Translations under genes and position numbers: made by a program
Notes under the pieces: model-generated
What the model saw: the letters and a program-made list of their open reading frames with translations, nothing else
Told to the model about the DNA's origin: nothing
Databases searched by the model: none
Source: Escherichia phage JLBYU28
Direction: 5' to 3' (one strand)
Length of the DNA: 64,000 nucleotides
Sequence record: OK272472.1
Shown here: positions 38,295-49,283 of the stretch, piece after piece
Numbering within the stretch: position 1 is the first letter of the stretch
Layout of the letters: each line of letters begins with the position of its first letter

Positions 38295-38741
38295 TTAAAC
38301 ACTTGACGCTGGAATTGTAGAAGTGTAATCTAGCTTCTCACAACCAAAAATCCAAGTTTTAGAGTTCTGGTCACGACCAAGTTCAATCTGTGGTAACTCC
38401 TGCAACCAAGCGTTAATACCAGTTGCCAGAACAGAGCCTGATGGGTCGTAGATTACGAAGTTAGAAGAGATATCTTCTTCAAGTTCCATATTGTCTTGTT
38501 TAGCTTGAATTGCAGAAAGCATCTGGTTAGAGAGAGAAGTCTGCATTAACTCAATCTCAATAGTACCTGTCTTGTCTGCATTTCTTGTCAGAGCAACCTG
38601 ACCACCCGCACCAACAACTGGTGTCACAAGTGGTGATGTTCTCTGTAGACGCAAGAATGAGTCTGGGGCAAAGCCTTCAATGGCAATACCATTCCAGCTA
38701 CATACAACGTCTTTAGGGGAATATTGCTGATACATAGCCAT
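38295..38741 (-). CDS. Tail tube protein
   Basis: 148 aa directly downstream of sheath, followed by a strong terminator. Confidence 0.5.
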   Translation of the reverse strand: MAMYQQYSPKDVVCSWNGIAIEGFAPDSFLRLQRTSPLVTPVVGAGGQVALTRNADKTGTIEIELMQTSLSNQMLSAIQAKQDNMELEEDISSNFVIYDPSGSVLATGINAWLQELPQIELGRDQNSKTWIFGCEKLDYTSTIPASSV

Positions 38742-38756
38742 TCCAATTTACCTCTA

Positions 38757-40109
38757 TTATTCGTAAGCCACTGTACCTTTCAAGTCAACATCCAAGATAG
38801 CCCCTGCTAAGATACCTGCAAAGGTAACATCTTTCAGGATACGTGCTTTCTTGTCTGCCAAAGCAACTTGAGAGGCTTTAGGAACATTAACTGTGTAAGA
38901 TGACAGGAAGTTTCTGTTGACTGCTCTTTGCAGAGAGGTTTCAATGACTTGACGAATACGGGTAATACCAGTATCATCATAAGTAATCTTACCACCCTTC
39001 TGATTAATTAGCAAGTCTCTCAGAGAAGTTTTCAGGTCTGATTCTAACCAGTCAACACCACGGACGATATCAATCCATTCCCCACCAGAAGTAATCCCTC
39101 TACGAACCACTGGAACACCACCATCAAGGTCAATAAAGTTACAGTGACGTGCATCTAAAGCAGACTTCTGAATACTTGTCAGAGGTCTCTGATTAGATGG
39201 TTGTAGAGAAGCTGCTACACCAGTTAGCTGAGCATTACCCCAAGCAATTGAGCCTGCATCATATGGAGCACCATAAGCAATGTATGCCATCTCTGGATAA
39301 TCTTCTGCTGCTGCGTGATGCCACAAGCAAACTGTACGAGTGTACATATTCTTAGCAAGCTGTGCTGGAACATCATTTGCACTGGCTAATTCTGTACCTT
39401 GTAGGGCTGTTACATCAGAGTTAGCAGTGAAGAAGATTTTCTTACGAGCTTGAATCTCAGAAGCCATTGCTAAGACAAACTGTTGAGTTCTGTCTTCTGC
39501 TGCAATGAAATACCAGTCAGTTGAATAAGCTTCAATAGCTGCCAGAGCAGTTGATGCTGTATCAGCAGTTGTACTTGCAATATATACAGTCTGTGCTGTA
39601 GTTGTTACTTTCACAAAGTCATTATTACCAGCTTTGGTAATAATCATTGTGGCAGAAGCACCACTACCAGTTACGTTCACAGAAACCTTATCTTTGATTG
39701 TTGGGTCAGCTTCAATCTGTGTTTTAAACTGTTGCAACACTACTTCAGCAGTGTCTGAGCTTTGTGCTGTATACTGGAATGGTTGAGAGATTCCACCACC
39801 AACAGCTACAGTAATTGAGTAGTCTGTGCTTTCAGTAACGGCATCAGGGATTGATACAGTGTACTGCATAGCACGTCTACCAATATAAAGCTGAGTTACT
39901 TTAGGAGTCTGACTCCAAAGTTGTTTAGCAGCCTTATATGCAGCAGACCTCTCATCGAAATCTTCAGCAACTTCAGTTAAGGAGGTGTAGCCACGTACTC
40001 TTTCTTCAAAGTTATCTGTTGAAGCTAAGAATAGTGGTAAACCAAAACCTTCTCTTGTAGTTCCTGCGGTGTTCAATGTAATATCTACATTAACAATTGG
40101 ATTCCACAT
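38757..40109 (-). CDS. Tail sheath protein
   Basis: 450 aa; sheath-tube-chaperones-tape measure order; C-terminal GEWIDIVRGVDWL-type segment. Confidence 0.55.
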   Translation of the reverse strand: MWNPIVNVDITLNTAGTTREGFGLPLFLASTDNFEERVRGYTSLTEVAEDFDERSAAYKAAKQLWSQTPKVTQLYIGRRAMQYTVSIPDAVTESTDYSITVAVGGGISQPFQYTAQSSDTAEVVLQQFKTQIEADPTIKDKVSVNVTGSGASATMIITKAGNNDFVKVTTTAQTVYIASTTADTASTALAAIEAYSTDWYFIAAEDRTQQFVLAMASEIQARKKIFFTANSDVTALQGTELASANDVPAQLAKNMYTRTVCLWHHAAAEDYPEMAYIAYGAPYDAGSIAWGNAQLTGVAASLQPSNQRPLTSIQKSALDARHCNFIDLDGGVPVVRRGITSGGEWIDIVRGVDWLESDLKTSLRDLLINQKGGKITYDDTGITRIRQVIETSLQRAVNRNFLSSYTVNVPKASQVALADKKARILKDVTFAGILAGAILDVDLKGTVAYE

Positions 40110-40709
40110 TTATTTTACCCCTTTGGAGTCTACATCTAGATGGATAGTATATTCTGGTGTCTCTTGTCCTTCTTCGTAAACCAACTCACCATCAACAATG
40201 ACACGCTCAATAATACTTCCACGTTCATCTTTCAGGACTGAGTTTTTTACAAGAGTTACAACAAGAGGTGCAGAATTTTCGAAATCTGTATTGAGATAAG
40301 TATAGTCATTCGGGATAGCTCCAGTGTCTAGTACTGTGGCTCCTGTCTCTTCAAGGATTAAATCTCTGACTGAACTCATCTCTAATCGTTGTTTAAGCTC
40401 AAGCATAATACTATGAGCACCTTTACCATTTACCGTAATTAATACAGGAATCTGAAAAGCAATTCTGTAACAAACTACATCATCCTCAACAAACTTATCA
40501 AGAACCCAACCATAAGGTGTTGCAGCATCTTGACAATATACGGTAATAAATGGCTGGTCAGGTTTTAAACCTTTGTCATTTGAGTTATCAGAAGGGTAAG
40601 CTCTAATTACGTTTGGCCTATTATTTTTATCACGAGCTAGTCTGTGACCAATAACATCCACTAAGGTTCTAACTAGACCTTTTTCAAGTTCTGCTGTTTC
40701 TAACTGCAT
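40110..40709 (-). CDS. Head-tail joining/tail completion protein
   Basis: 199 aa; by position. Confidence 0.3.
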   Translation of the reverse strand: MQLETAELEKGLVRTLVDVIGHRLARDKNNRPNVIRAYPSDNSNDKGLKPDQPFITVYCQDAATPYGWVLDKFVEDDVVCYRIAFQIPVLITVNGKGAHSIMLELKQRLEMSSVRDLILEETGATVLDTGAIPNDYTYLNTDFENSAPLVVTLVKNSVLKDERGSIIERVIVDGELVYEEGQETPEYTIHLDVDSKGVK

Positions 40710-41085
40710 TCATTTTATCCCTTCTAATAATGATATATTCATAATGGGACGTATGGACTAATTGCTGTGACCAATCCATAGTCATAAATACTTCATACTC
40801 ATGACCATCAATCATAACAATATCAGACTCATTCCACTCTACATCATCTGAAGTTCTAAGTTTATATGTGGTATACAGGATTCTTGTATCGGTAAGCCTG
40901 ATACCTTCCGGTAAAGCAATCTGTGTACCATTCTTTACAGAACCTTTGATATATGGCTGGATATTACCTTTACAGTTAACCTCCACAATATCTTGTGAAG
41001 CTACCCAATCACCATCATCGTTATAATAACCGTCTTCAGAGACTTTACGCTTTACTACAAAGCTGTGTCTGTTTAAGAGTCTCAT
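40684..41085 (-). CDS. Head-tail connector protein
   Basis: 133 aa; by position. Confidence 0.3.
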   Translation of the reverse strand: MRLLNRHSFVVKRKVSEDGYYNDDGDWVASQDIVEVNCKGNIQPYIKGSVKNGTQIALPEGIRLTDTRILYTTYKLRTSDDVEWNESDIVMIDGHEYEVFMTMDWSQQLVHTSHYEYIIIRRDKMNAVRNSRT

Positions 41086-41564
41086 TTCTTAATACCCTTC
41101 TTAGTAGAAATTTTATAAGCAAGGTTATCCCTTAAGTCGCCTGTCTCAACAAGAGGTGCGTTAAAGCCTTTTTTCTTGACTGTGGAAGGTGCGTTAGGAG
41201 GGAGGATAGCAGAATTACCAAAACCTCTTTTAATTGCCTTTTGAGCATTCTTTGCAAATGCTTCTAAGGTATTTGAAGGGTCTGTGTTGAGACTGCTAAG
41301 TTGCTTATATAGATTCTTCTTAGTCTGCTCTAACAAGGTCTGTTTGTTTAGCATCATAGTGATTTCAAACAACCTACGATATACTTTACCAGAAGCTGAA
41401 GGAACTCCAATAACTTCTTGCAAATACATTAAAGCAGGATAAGAAAAACCAGAGCTATGTTGACCTTGTTCTTGAAAATACCCAACTTGAGCATTAGCCG
41501 TTTGCAAGTTCTTCATAGCCCCGACTAATTTTGCTCTAGCGGGGTGAATAACCCTTTTAACCAT
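41082..41564 (-). CDS. Head-tail connector protein
   Basis: 160 aa; by position. Confidence 0.3.
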   Translation of the reverse strand: MVKRVIHPARAKLVGAMKNLQTANAQVGYFQEQGQHSSGFSYPALMYLQEVIGVPSASGKVYRRLFEITMMLNKQTLLEQTKKNLYKQLSSLNTDPSNTLEAFAKNAQKAIKRGFGNSAILPPNAPSTVKKKGFNAPLVETGDLRDNLAYKISTKKGIKK

Positions 41565-42013
41565 TATTCATCTCGCTCGATAATAAATACGCCATTAACA
41601 CGGTTGCAGTAATCTCTGCCTTCGTATCTGGCAGCATCACCATATTCTGTGTATTTCTTGACAGAGCAAGGATTCTGACGACGCATGTCAATGTCACACT
41701 GGTTAATACCACCTGCATAGGGTAGCCCTGAAACAGAGCTTTTAACAAGGTCATCATAAACAGCTTTCAGAGACTTGAATCTGGAAGAGTTACGTAAATA
41801 AACACCACCAACTTTCTCATCTCCCATCTTGGCTACTTGAAAGAGTAAATATTTAAGAGCTTTGATGGCTGCTTTCTTTTCATCCTTTCCAGATTCTAGA
41901 TAGAACCACTCTAGCACAGACTGCTCAATAAGAATTTCATCATTATTGGTGTCTGTGCAGAGGATTCTTACTCTATCAAGAGGGTTATTGGCTGGGTCGC
42001 CTGTATAACACAT
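41564..42013 (-). CDS. Head completion/adaptor protein
   Basis: 149 aa downstream of capsid gene. Confidence 0.3.
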   Translation of the reverse strand: MCYTGDPANNPLDRVRILCTDTNNDEILIEQSVLEWFYLESGKDEKKAAIKALKYLLFQVAKMGDEKVGGVYLRNSSRFKSLKAVYDDLVKSSVSGLPYAGGINQCDIDMRRQNPCSVKKYTEYGDAARYEGRDYCNRVNGVFIIERDE

Positions 42014-42034
42014 TAATAACCCTCCTTAAGAATA

Positions 42035-43141
42035 TTAGTTTGGTTTAGCGTCAGAACGAACGTCTACCAGCAACTGAGGACGTGTGCAGTATGGCAGCAT
42101 GTAAGAGTGAGCTTCAAAGTCAATACCTTCGTCACGGTCTTTTTCGTATTCGAATACGTACAGTTCCTGACCAAGTGTATTTGCATAACCCATCTTAGGG
42201 CATGGGCCATATGCCACTTCGAAGATGTTGTTAGCTTCACCCAGCATAGAAACGTTAGGGAAAGCATGACCTACACCAACAGTTGCTGCTACACTATCAA
42301 TGCTCACCAGAGTGTGAACCTTACCACGCTTGTCTTTGAACTTACCGTTGTACTGGACAAACTTAACACCACCATAGTAGAAAGTATTCATATGAGCCTG
42401 AACGCCGTCAGTACCACCAGTTCTCAGAGAACCAGTAATCTGTTGCCAAGCCAGTGGAGTCTGCTGTGCAAGATAAGCGTCACGAACCTTAGGATGCTTA
42501 GTCAGTTTGCTGAAGAATACACGGTCAACAACTACGTGAATTTCTTCACCGTTGATTACAGTGCCGGTCTTCGCTTCGTCTTCCATGTGCATACGCAGTT
42601 CTTCAATAGAAGCGTCGATGTCAGCATTAGGATTGTCAAGGTCGAAGTAAATAGTCTTCTTCTCAACGTCAAACTGCTTGTACAGGTCAGCGTACAGAGT
42701 ACCACGAGCATCAACAACTTTACCCTTCAGAGCTTGCATAAACAGGAACTCACGAGTAATATCGAACTTGGTACGAATCTTCATCAGCTTCTTGGCACGT
42801 ACTACAGCTTCAGTAGTCAGTTCGTTTGCAGTGCCTGGCTGACGTACACCCTGAATTTCATCAGGAGTGATGCTTTCAACTTCTTTGAAATACATCATTG
42901 GGAAGCTGATTTGACGAACACGCTCAGGTGCGCTAGTCTCTGCTTTACGGCTATCACGGTCTACCGCATCAAGCAAGCTAACATCCCAATCAGTCAAGTC
43001 CATAAGGAAAGTAGTTTGGGTGATTGGTGCTGAACGGAACAGACCTAAGTTGGAAATATACCCATAAGTATTTGGGATAGACTGGACTTCACCAGTCAGG
43101 TCAGCAAGGAAAAATCTGCTTTTTTCAGAATTAGTCAACAT
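42035..43141 (-). CDS. Major capsid protein
   Basis: 368 aa downstream of protease/scaffold and a small decoration-like gene; the 308-aa antisense ORF on the plus strand is treated as spurious. Confidence 0.55.
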   Translation of the reverse strand: MLTNSEKSRFFLADLTGEVQSIPNTYGYISNLGLFRSAPITQTTFLMDLTDWDVSLLDAVDRDSRKAETSAPERVRQISFPMMYFKEVESITPDEIQGVRQPGTANELTTEAVVRAKKLMKIRTKFDITREFLFMQALKGKVVDARGTLYADLYKQFDVEKKTIYFDLDNPNADIDASIEELRMHMEDEAKTGTVINGEEIHVVVDRVFFSKLTKHPKVRDAYLAQQTPLAWQQITGSLRTGGTDGVQAHMNTFYYGGVKFVQYNGKFKDKRGKVHTLVSIDSVAATVGVGHAFPNVSMLGEANNIFEVAYGPCPKMGYANTLGQELYVFEYEKDRDEGIDFEAHSYMLPYCTRPQLLVDVRSDAKPN

Positions 43142-43174
43142 TGTAAAATTCTCCAGAATGTCTTATTATTGTTA

Positions 43175-43552
43175 TTACAGGCCAGTTGGTACGAAATCAA
43201 TACCTTTAGCAGCCAGAGCTGTCTTGACTGCGGCAGCATCAACACCTGACTCAAGAGTAAGCAGGTCTTTTAGTTCTGCGTCGCGGTAAATACCAACAAC
43301 TTTCAACTGACCGTGGTAAGACAGTTGCAGGTCTGCATAAAAGTTAACGATACATACCGAATCAGCCTGAGCTTCTTGTCCTGCTGTAACTTTAGTACCA
43401 TCTGCTTTCAGAACTTCGCCTACACGATATTCTGTAGATGCCTGTGGAGTGTACTCTTTACGAGAGTGGCCTGTTGGGGTAACCTGTTCCCAAAGAATGA
43501 TATCATTCAGAGGTTCTCTTTTACCTAACTTAGTAAAACCTTGATATGCCAT
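43175..43552 (-). CDS. Head decoration/auxiliary capsid protein
   Basis: 125 aa between protease and capsid genes. Confidence 0.3.
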   Translation of the reverse strand: MAYQGFTKLGKREPLNDIILWEQVTPTGHSRKEYTPQASTEYRVGEVLKADGTKVTAGQEAQADSVCIVNFYADLQLSYHGQLKVVGIYRDAELKDLLTLESGVDAAAVKTALAAKGIDFVPTGL

Positions 43553-43563
43553 TATTGTGTTCC

Positions 43564-44910
43564 TTATTTGATAAGAGATTTTAGAGCATTCTGGAGAGCC
43601 AGTTTGCGTTGTTCAGCGGTGTCTTCGGAAGCATTCTTAGCTGGTTCTTTTTCTTCTTCAACCAAATCAGCTTCGCCGTCATTACCCATTTCTTCCATAG
43701 CGTTGGAATGTTCAAGAACAGCACCAGCAGTTTCTTTCAGCTTGGTAATTTCTGATTCTTTTTCTTCCATTGCAGAAGCATGGGACGCGATAGTTTCATT
43801 AAGTTTCTGGTTAGCACCTTCCATAGCATTCATAAACAGAACGCTCAGAGGGTTATCAAGACCAGCACCTAAAATAGTCGTTGCAGCTTCTTTTGCATCA
43901 AATCCAAAAGCTTCAGCAGAAGCAGAAATCTTATTAGTCAAATCTGACAAAGCAGCTTCCTGTTCTTTAGCTTTCATTTGAGCAACCTGAAGACGCAAAG
44001 CTTCTAGTTCTTGCTTTTCTTGTTCAGTCATTTCTTCACCTGAATTGTTAACGTTTAAACTTACAGGAGCCTCTTCAGAACCTTGTAAGTAATTTAAGAA
44101 ATCATCTTGAGACATGATTGAGTTAATTAAACCAAGTTCAAGAGCTTCCTGAGCAGAATAAACATTCGCCTCAGTATTCTTTACAGCTTCTTCAGAGAGA
44201 TTACGAGATTCGGCTACAAAACCTGTAAAGGTTGCGTAGGTATCATTAATTCTCTTTTGAAGTCTTTCTTTGCTTTCTTCTGAAAGTGCTTGGAATGGTG
44301 AACCCATACCTTTAAACTCACCAGCTTTGATGACGTTAATTGTTACACCATTCTTTTCAAATGCCTTAGTTAATTCCTGATGAACCATGATTACACCAAT
44401 AGAACCGACATCTGCATCTGGTGATGCAATAATTTCTTCAGCAGAAGATGCAAGAGCATATGCAGCGGAACAAGCGAACTCATCTACATAAGCAATAATT
44501 TTCTTTTGGCCTCTTGAAGCCATAATGTGACGTGCTAATTCAAAGCAACCTGAAGCTTCACCACCACCAGAATCAATATGCAGAACAATAGTCTTAATCG
44601 ACTCATCTGCTAAAGCTTCGTCAAAGCCTCTACGCAAACCTTCATAAGAGCTTAATCCACCTGTACACATTGCATCAATGAATGTCATACGATGGGTTAA
44701 ACCACCCATAATAGGGATAATAGCAATGTCATCTTTCACTTTTAAAAGACTTCTTGCTTCACCTTTGGGTTTATCAAAGTTTACTGCTGCTTGGACATCA
44801 CCCAGCAATCTGTTATTCACATAAGTTGCTGCTGAGTGAGCTAATGTTTCAGTGGCTAGTAAAGGTTGGTTGAATAATCTATCAGCAAGTCTGAAGATAT
44901 TCGAACTCAT
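43564..44910 (-). CDS. Prohead protease (ClpP/S49-like) fused to scaffold-like coiled-coil
   Basis: IAIIPIMGGL...VLHIDSGGGEASG...GSIGVIMVH serine-peptidase pattern; C-terminal acidic coiled-coil. Confidence 0.65.
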   Translation of the reverse strand: MSSNIFRLADRLFNQPLLATETLAHSAATYVNNRLLGDVQAAVNFDKPKGEARSLLKVKDDIAIIPIMGGLTHRMTFIDAMCTGGLSSYEGLRRGFDEALADESIKTIVLHIDSGGGEASGCFELARHIMASRGQKKIIAYVDEFACSAAYALASSAEEIIASPDADVGSIGVIMVHQELTKAFEKNGVTINVIKAGEFKGMGSPFQALSEESKERLQKRINDTYATFTGFVAESRNLSEEAVKNTEANVYSAQEALELGLINSIMSQDDFLNYLQGSEEAPVSLNVNNSGEEMTEQEKQELEALRLQVAQMKAKEQEAALSDLTNKISASAEAFGFDAKEAATTILGAGLDNPLSVLFMNAMEGANQKLNETIASHASAMEEKESEITKLKETAGAVLEHSNAMEEMGNDGEADLVEEEKEPAKNASEDTAEQRKLALQNALKSLIK

Positions 44911-44921
44911 TTTTACTCACC

Positions 44922-45254
44922 CTATTTGTTTAAATCTACAGAAACTGAAGAGATAACATAGATACCTTCTTCAGCAAAGAATTGAGGTTTGCTAAGAGCA
45001 CCAGTTGCCACGCATTTATCGTTAGCATCCCACAAGCTATAGTGTGAGACCGTTGCAGAAGCTGGAACAGTAATATTAACTGTATCTTCTGAGGCAATTA
45101 AGCCATTATCCGGTTCAGAAAAATAAATAGCCACTGGCTGAGTAACCTTATTTGCTGTAGGGTCTGCCGTTGGGTCTACATTGTGTAAAATAATAGTCGT
45201 TGGGGTTAGCGTGGCGAGGATTTTATTCTTACCATCAATAGTTAATGTTCCCAT
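44922..45254 (-). CDS. Hypothetical head protein
   Basis: 110 aa. Confidence 0.3.
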   Translation of the reverse strand: MGTLTIDGKNKILATLTPTTIILHNVDPTADPTANKVTQPVAIYFSEPDNGLIASEDTVNITVPASATVSHYSLWDANDKCVATGALSKPQFFAEEGIYVISSVSVDLNK

Positions 45255-45754
45255 TAATTAAACCTTACTTTTTGTTTAAGGACTGTTGAATGGTTACCAG
45301 ATTCATCTACCACATTTACAATCATATCATATACTTTACCTTTGACAAGTACTTTGTAATCATTTTGTGAAAAAATGTATTCAAGTCTGTTTGTTTCTTT
45401 ATTAACTGTCATTGGAGATTGAAATGCAGTGTCGAGGGTAATGAAAGCGGCTTCAATGCTATTAACATTGATACGTTTATTCTCGCAGTTATATAACTTT
45501 ACACCCAAAAGGCATGAACTGTCAAATGGAATTTTAACAATTTCACTACAATTTCCTGAAATAAACGGTTTTCCACTCATTGGGGCATCAAGTAACCTGC
45601 AAATAGTGAAAACGTCAGAGGTTCCACCATCACTTACATAACCTGAAAGGCTGACCCTTGAGCCAGCCTCTACAGATAGCTTATCAGTAATGATAAGGAC
45701 ACCTCTATACGAATGCACCCGTGTAGCATTTGAAATAGAGATAACTTCAGCCAT
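45254..45754 (-). CDS. Hypothetical head protein
   Basis: 166 aa. Confidence 0.3.
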   Translation of the reverse strand: MAEVISISNATRVHSYRGVLIITDKLSVEAGSRVSLSGYVSDGGTSDVFTICRLLDAPMSGKPFISGNCSEIVKIPFDSSCLLGVKLYNCENKRINVNSIEAAFITLDTAFQSPMTVNKETNRLEYIFSQNDYKVLVKGKVYDMIVNVVDESGNHSTVLKQKVRFN

Positions 45755-47229
45755 TATTTATTTGCCTTATTTGCTGTGCTTGGGTCTTTCGCTGAAGGTG
45801 TCTTTGCAGTACCTTCTCCAGCGGTCTTATAACCATCTCCTGAACGGCTTTGGCTATTTGGAGAAAGTTTTTCAGATACTGGCTGAGACTCATCAGCAGG
45901 AGGAAGACCAATATGCTCTCTAAGTTTGTTAGATAGCTCTTTGTCAACTTCCAAAGCACCTACTGCAACAGTCTTCTGAATATAAGAACCAATTGCTTCA
46001 AGGTCTGGAGTTTCGATATCATCATATGTGATTTGCACATGTTCTTCATCATCCCACATATTAAGAGCATAAGTCTGTGCAACTAAGTCACGGTTAATTA
46101 CGTTCTTAATTTGCTTCAGCAGAATATCTACTGACATTGCTAGTAAACTCGTCTTAGAATCTGCAAGAGAGAATGAACCGTATTTTGACTGACCCATAGC
46201 AAGAACATCTGACATAAATGCCATCATAATCTGCTTGGAATATCTGTCAATAATAGAACCTGTATCGTATGCTTTAGCACCCTGTCTAGAAACTAATGAG
46301 AACTCAAAGATATCCTCTTTAGTATCTGGGTCGATATATCTAGGCCAGATTAAACCTGCTCTGTCATTAGCAATCATATCATTAACAACGGTTTTGCAGT
46401 ATTGTACGAAAGCTTTCTTTTCAGGTTCTGCATTTTCATCTAGATAGTCTGGTGGTAAACCAATCTTTGGCATACCTACTAAGTCTCTTGAAACACCAAC
46501 AGCTTCATACTCTTCAATCTGTACTTTATATTTCCACGGTACATAAGCATTAAGTAATGGTGAACGACCTTCTGGATTTCCATATTCATCGTCATACTTA
46601 AACAGCATGAATTTAGCTCGTGGAAGTTTTCTTGTTAGAGGTCTTTCTCCAAGATTAATTGCTCCAGCAATATGTGAAACATTTCTCAGATTCTGTCTAA
46701 CACCAGTAACTTTTCTAAAGTCTTCGTCAAAATACCACTTATCAAGTGTTGACTGGTTTCTGATTGGTAATTTAGCCCACCCAATTAGACCATCATCAAA
46801 TTTTGACTGGTACTTTCCTTTTTTACCCTGACGTTTCTTATAAACCTTTTCGTTAACACAGAACCCATAAGTGCAGAATGACATTACAGAGTTAATAAAA
46901 TCTGCCCAATCATGCTCCATGTCATCCATTAAAGAATTAAAGAAGTCTGCTCTTTCAAGCATTTTAGGGTCTTGCTCTTTTCCCTTTGGAGGTACGAATC
47001 TCCAGTTGACTTTTCTGACAAACATCTTAATAATATTTACAGATGCTGCTACAGCAGGGTCACGCATCATTAATTGGAAAGTTTTAATACTTTCAGGGAA
47101 CCTTAGTGCCTGACGAGGTTCTTCATAGATTCTTCCATTCTTAACCTTCAGACCCAAAGAACCTACTTCACCCATTCTAAATGGTGGTAAGCTTTCTTGT
47201 GTTTCTGTAATATCTGCCATTCTTCTCAC
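45754..47229 (-). CDS. Portal protein
   Basis: 491 aa directly downstream of large terminase. Confidence 0.55.
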   Translation of the reverse strand: MRRMADITETQESLPPFRMGEVGSLGLKVKNGRIYEEPRQALRFPESIKTFQLMMRDPAVAASVNIIKMFVRKVNWRFVPPKGKEQDPKMLERADFFNSLMDDMEHDWADFINSVMSFCTYGFCVNEKVYKKRQGKKGKYQSKFDDGLIGWAKLPIRNQSTLDKWYFDEDFRKVTGVRQNLRNVSHIAGAINLGERPLTRKLPRAKFMLFKYDDEYGNPEGRSPLLNAYVPWKYKVQIEEYEAVGVSRDLVGMPKIGLPPDYLDENAEPEKKAFVQYCKTVVNDMIANDRAGLIWPRYIDPDTKEDIFEFSLVSRQGAKAYDTGSIIDRYSKQIMMAFMSDVLAMGQSKYGSFSLADSKTSLLAMSVDILLKQIKNVINRDLVAQTYALNMWDDEEHVQITYDDIETPDLEAIGSYIQKTVAVGALEVDKELSNKLREHIGLPPADESQPVSEKLSPNSQSRSGDGYKTAGEGTAKTPSAKDPSTANKANK

Positions 47230-47236
47230 CTAGCTA

Positions 47237-48853
47237 TCAACGTCTAAGCCCCTCATATGGGTTTCCTCTCACTAAGTCTGTGTGAGCACCCATTGATGGT
47301 GGCTTGAATAATTTAACTTCGTTAAGACTGTTGAAAGCATCACTGGTAGCATCCACTTGGTCATCTTTAGTTTTACCATCACCACAAAAGCCTTCAAGCT
47401 CTTGAAAATAAGCTTCATTCCAACTACCCCTCAAGACTTTTACAAGTCCAGCTTCAGAAGCAGCAGAAAACCCCGCAAAGCGGGTAACTTTATCTTTATT
47501 TGTTGGTTTGGCTCTTGCTCGATAACCTTTCTCGGCAAGTTTCCTGATGAGGGATGTTGCGTAGGATTTACCAGCAGCGCCTGGGTCTTGAGGGATAAAA
47601 ATACCAGTTCGCTTACCGTCACTTTCAGCAGTCAAATTAATTTGTGTTTCGACTCCAGAGGGTCTATCTCTAAATCTTACTACATCAATGATATAATAGC
47701 AACCGTCTTTTTTAGATTTACCCATCTTAACACCTGCTGTCCAGTCTGGATTAGGGTTAACCTCAGATGGTAAAGTTGCTGCTAAGTCCCATGCTCTAAC
47801 ATCAAATACATCTTCTGGGAGTGAATCAACAATTTCACACCATTGTCTTTGCCAATAGTTTGAACCTTCTGCACGAGCCTTCCAGTTACCGAAACGAAGT
47901 CTTGCAACGTTTACAGGAGTGTTGTTTTCCAACTTACCACGATATTTAGGTTCTAAGAAGTCAAGAATTGGGTTATCATCAATCGTACCAGAGATAAAGG
48001 TGTATGTTTGAGGAATCTCAAGAGGGAACATTTCAAGAATCTTGTCTCTCTCCCAATCAGAAACCATCACACCATCGTTCATAACATACCAACGAATACG
48101 ACCACACTTTTCAGGGTCTGGATAACCTTCTTCATCTAAGAATGGTTCTACCCAATCGTAAATAAAGTGGTCTCTGTCTGGGTTCATGGAAATCTTCATG
48201 TATGAATCGCCTTCAGCACCAGAACGTAGACGGGTTTGTAGGTATGAAATCTGTGAAGCAGAGAAGTGTGTACCTTCGTCAAAGTAAATAGCTGAGTATT
48301 CAATACCCTGATGACCTTCAGCGTGCTTTTCAAGTTCTAGATAGGTAAACTTGATAGTCGCCCCAGAAGGGAATGTGATAGTCATTTTCTGCTCGTGAGG
48401 AATCCCACCAAACTTACCAAATAATTTCTTTGCAGCAGGCCATAAGCCACCTTGTAACTGTGTTGTGTTTCGACGGAAATACACAGCATTATAGTTAGGG
48501 TCTTCAATAAATCTTAAAGAGTCCATTAACAATGCAGCAGTTTTACCAGCACCAGCAGCACCACCATAGAGAACCAAGTCAGCATTAGTATTTAAAAAGA
48601 CCTCTTGAGAACCCGGCTGAGGGGCTACATAGTTCTTATCAGTCATCAATTTGAAGATAAGCCTAACTTGGTCTGGTGTGTATCTTAATAAAGTCAGAAT
48701 TTGAGTTGGAAGGAATTTAGAGGGGTCTTTACCGAATGATTTGATAATTTCTTTTACTTCATCAGAAAGCCCCAACTCTCCAGCTAGGACTTTCCTAACA
48801 TCTTCCACTCGCTTCTGCTTAACAGCATTTAAGTCCATTAAGCGCCTCCGCAA
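47237..48853 (-). CDS. Terminase large subunit
   Basis: 538 aa; Walker A LVLYGGAAGAGKTAALL; followed by portal. Confidence 0.75.
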   Translation of the reverse strand: MRRRLMDLNAVKQKRVEDVRKVLAGELGLSDEVKEIIKSFGKDPSKFLPTQILTLLRYTPDQVRLIFKLMTDKNYVAPQPGSQEVFLNTNADLVLYGGAAGAGKTAALLMDSLRFIEDPNYNAVYFRRNTTQLQGGLWPAAKKLFGKFGGIPHEQKMTITFPSGATIKFTYLELEKHAEGHQGIEYSAIYFDEGTHFSASQISYLQTRLRSGAEGDSYMKISMNPDRDHFIYDWVEPFLDEEGYPDPEKCGRIRWYVMNDGVMVSDWERDKILEMFPLEIPQTYTFISGTIDDNPILDFLEPKYRGKLENNTPVNVARLRFGNWKARAEGSNYWQRQWCEIVDSLPEDVFDVRAWDLAATLPSEVNPNPDWTAGVKMGKSKKDGCYYIIDVVRFRDRPSGVETQINLTAESDGKRTGIFIPQDPGAAGKSYATSLIRKLAEKGYRARAKPTNKDKVTRFAGFSAASEAGLVKVLRGSWNEAYFQELEGFCGDGKTKDDQVDATSDAFNSLNEVKLFKPPSMGAHTDLVRGNPYEGLRR

Positions 48854-48859
48854 ATAGAA

Positions 48860-49060
48860 TTATTCAGAGTCTGTAGCAGTCTCTTCTTTCTTAACTTCGA
48901 ACTTTGCATCAACAGCATCAAGAAGTGCATCCATAGATGCTTCTTTAATATCAATACCTGTTGCTACAGATAATCTGTCTGCAATTGCCATGATAGTGTT
49001 CTGCATAAATTCTAGCTTTTTATTAGCTTCATAAAGCTCTTTATAAACGGTCTCACTCAT
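48860..49060 (-). CDS. Hypothetical small protein
   Basis: 66 aa between the tRNA-cluster terminator and terL. Confidence 0.35.
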   Translation of the reverse strand: MSETVYKELYEANKKLEFMQNTIMAIADRLSVATGIDIKEASMDALLDAVDAKFEVKKEETATDSE

Positions 49061-49092
49061 TATGTTTTCTCCAAATAATTAACCATGTTTCC

Positions 49093-49125
49093 CCTTAAAA
49101 AAAGACGGCACAGAGACCGTCAAGG
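49093..49125 (-). terminator. Intrinsic terminator at the 3' end of the tRNA cluster
   Basis: Minus sense GACGG-loop-CCGTC followed by TTTTTTT. Confidence 0.5.
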
Positions 49126-49283
49126 AGAAACCACAATGTACGTCAGAGACATACTGTATAAGTCTTCCTATAAAGTATAACTCTGTAAAAAAGCCCTGTC
49201 TAAAAATACTCTTCGGTAGCGAAAGGAAGAATACTTATAGCAGGGCATTATTATTATTTTAATTGAGAGAGAGTAAAATAACT

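Noticed and set aside
42107-43033. 308-aa plus-strand ORF
   Set aside because: Entirely antisense to the major capsid gene and low-complexity in composition; read as a chance open frame.
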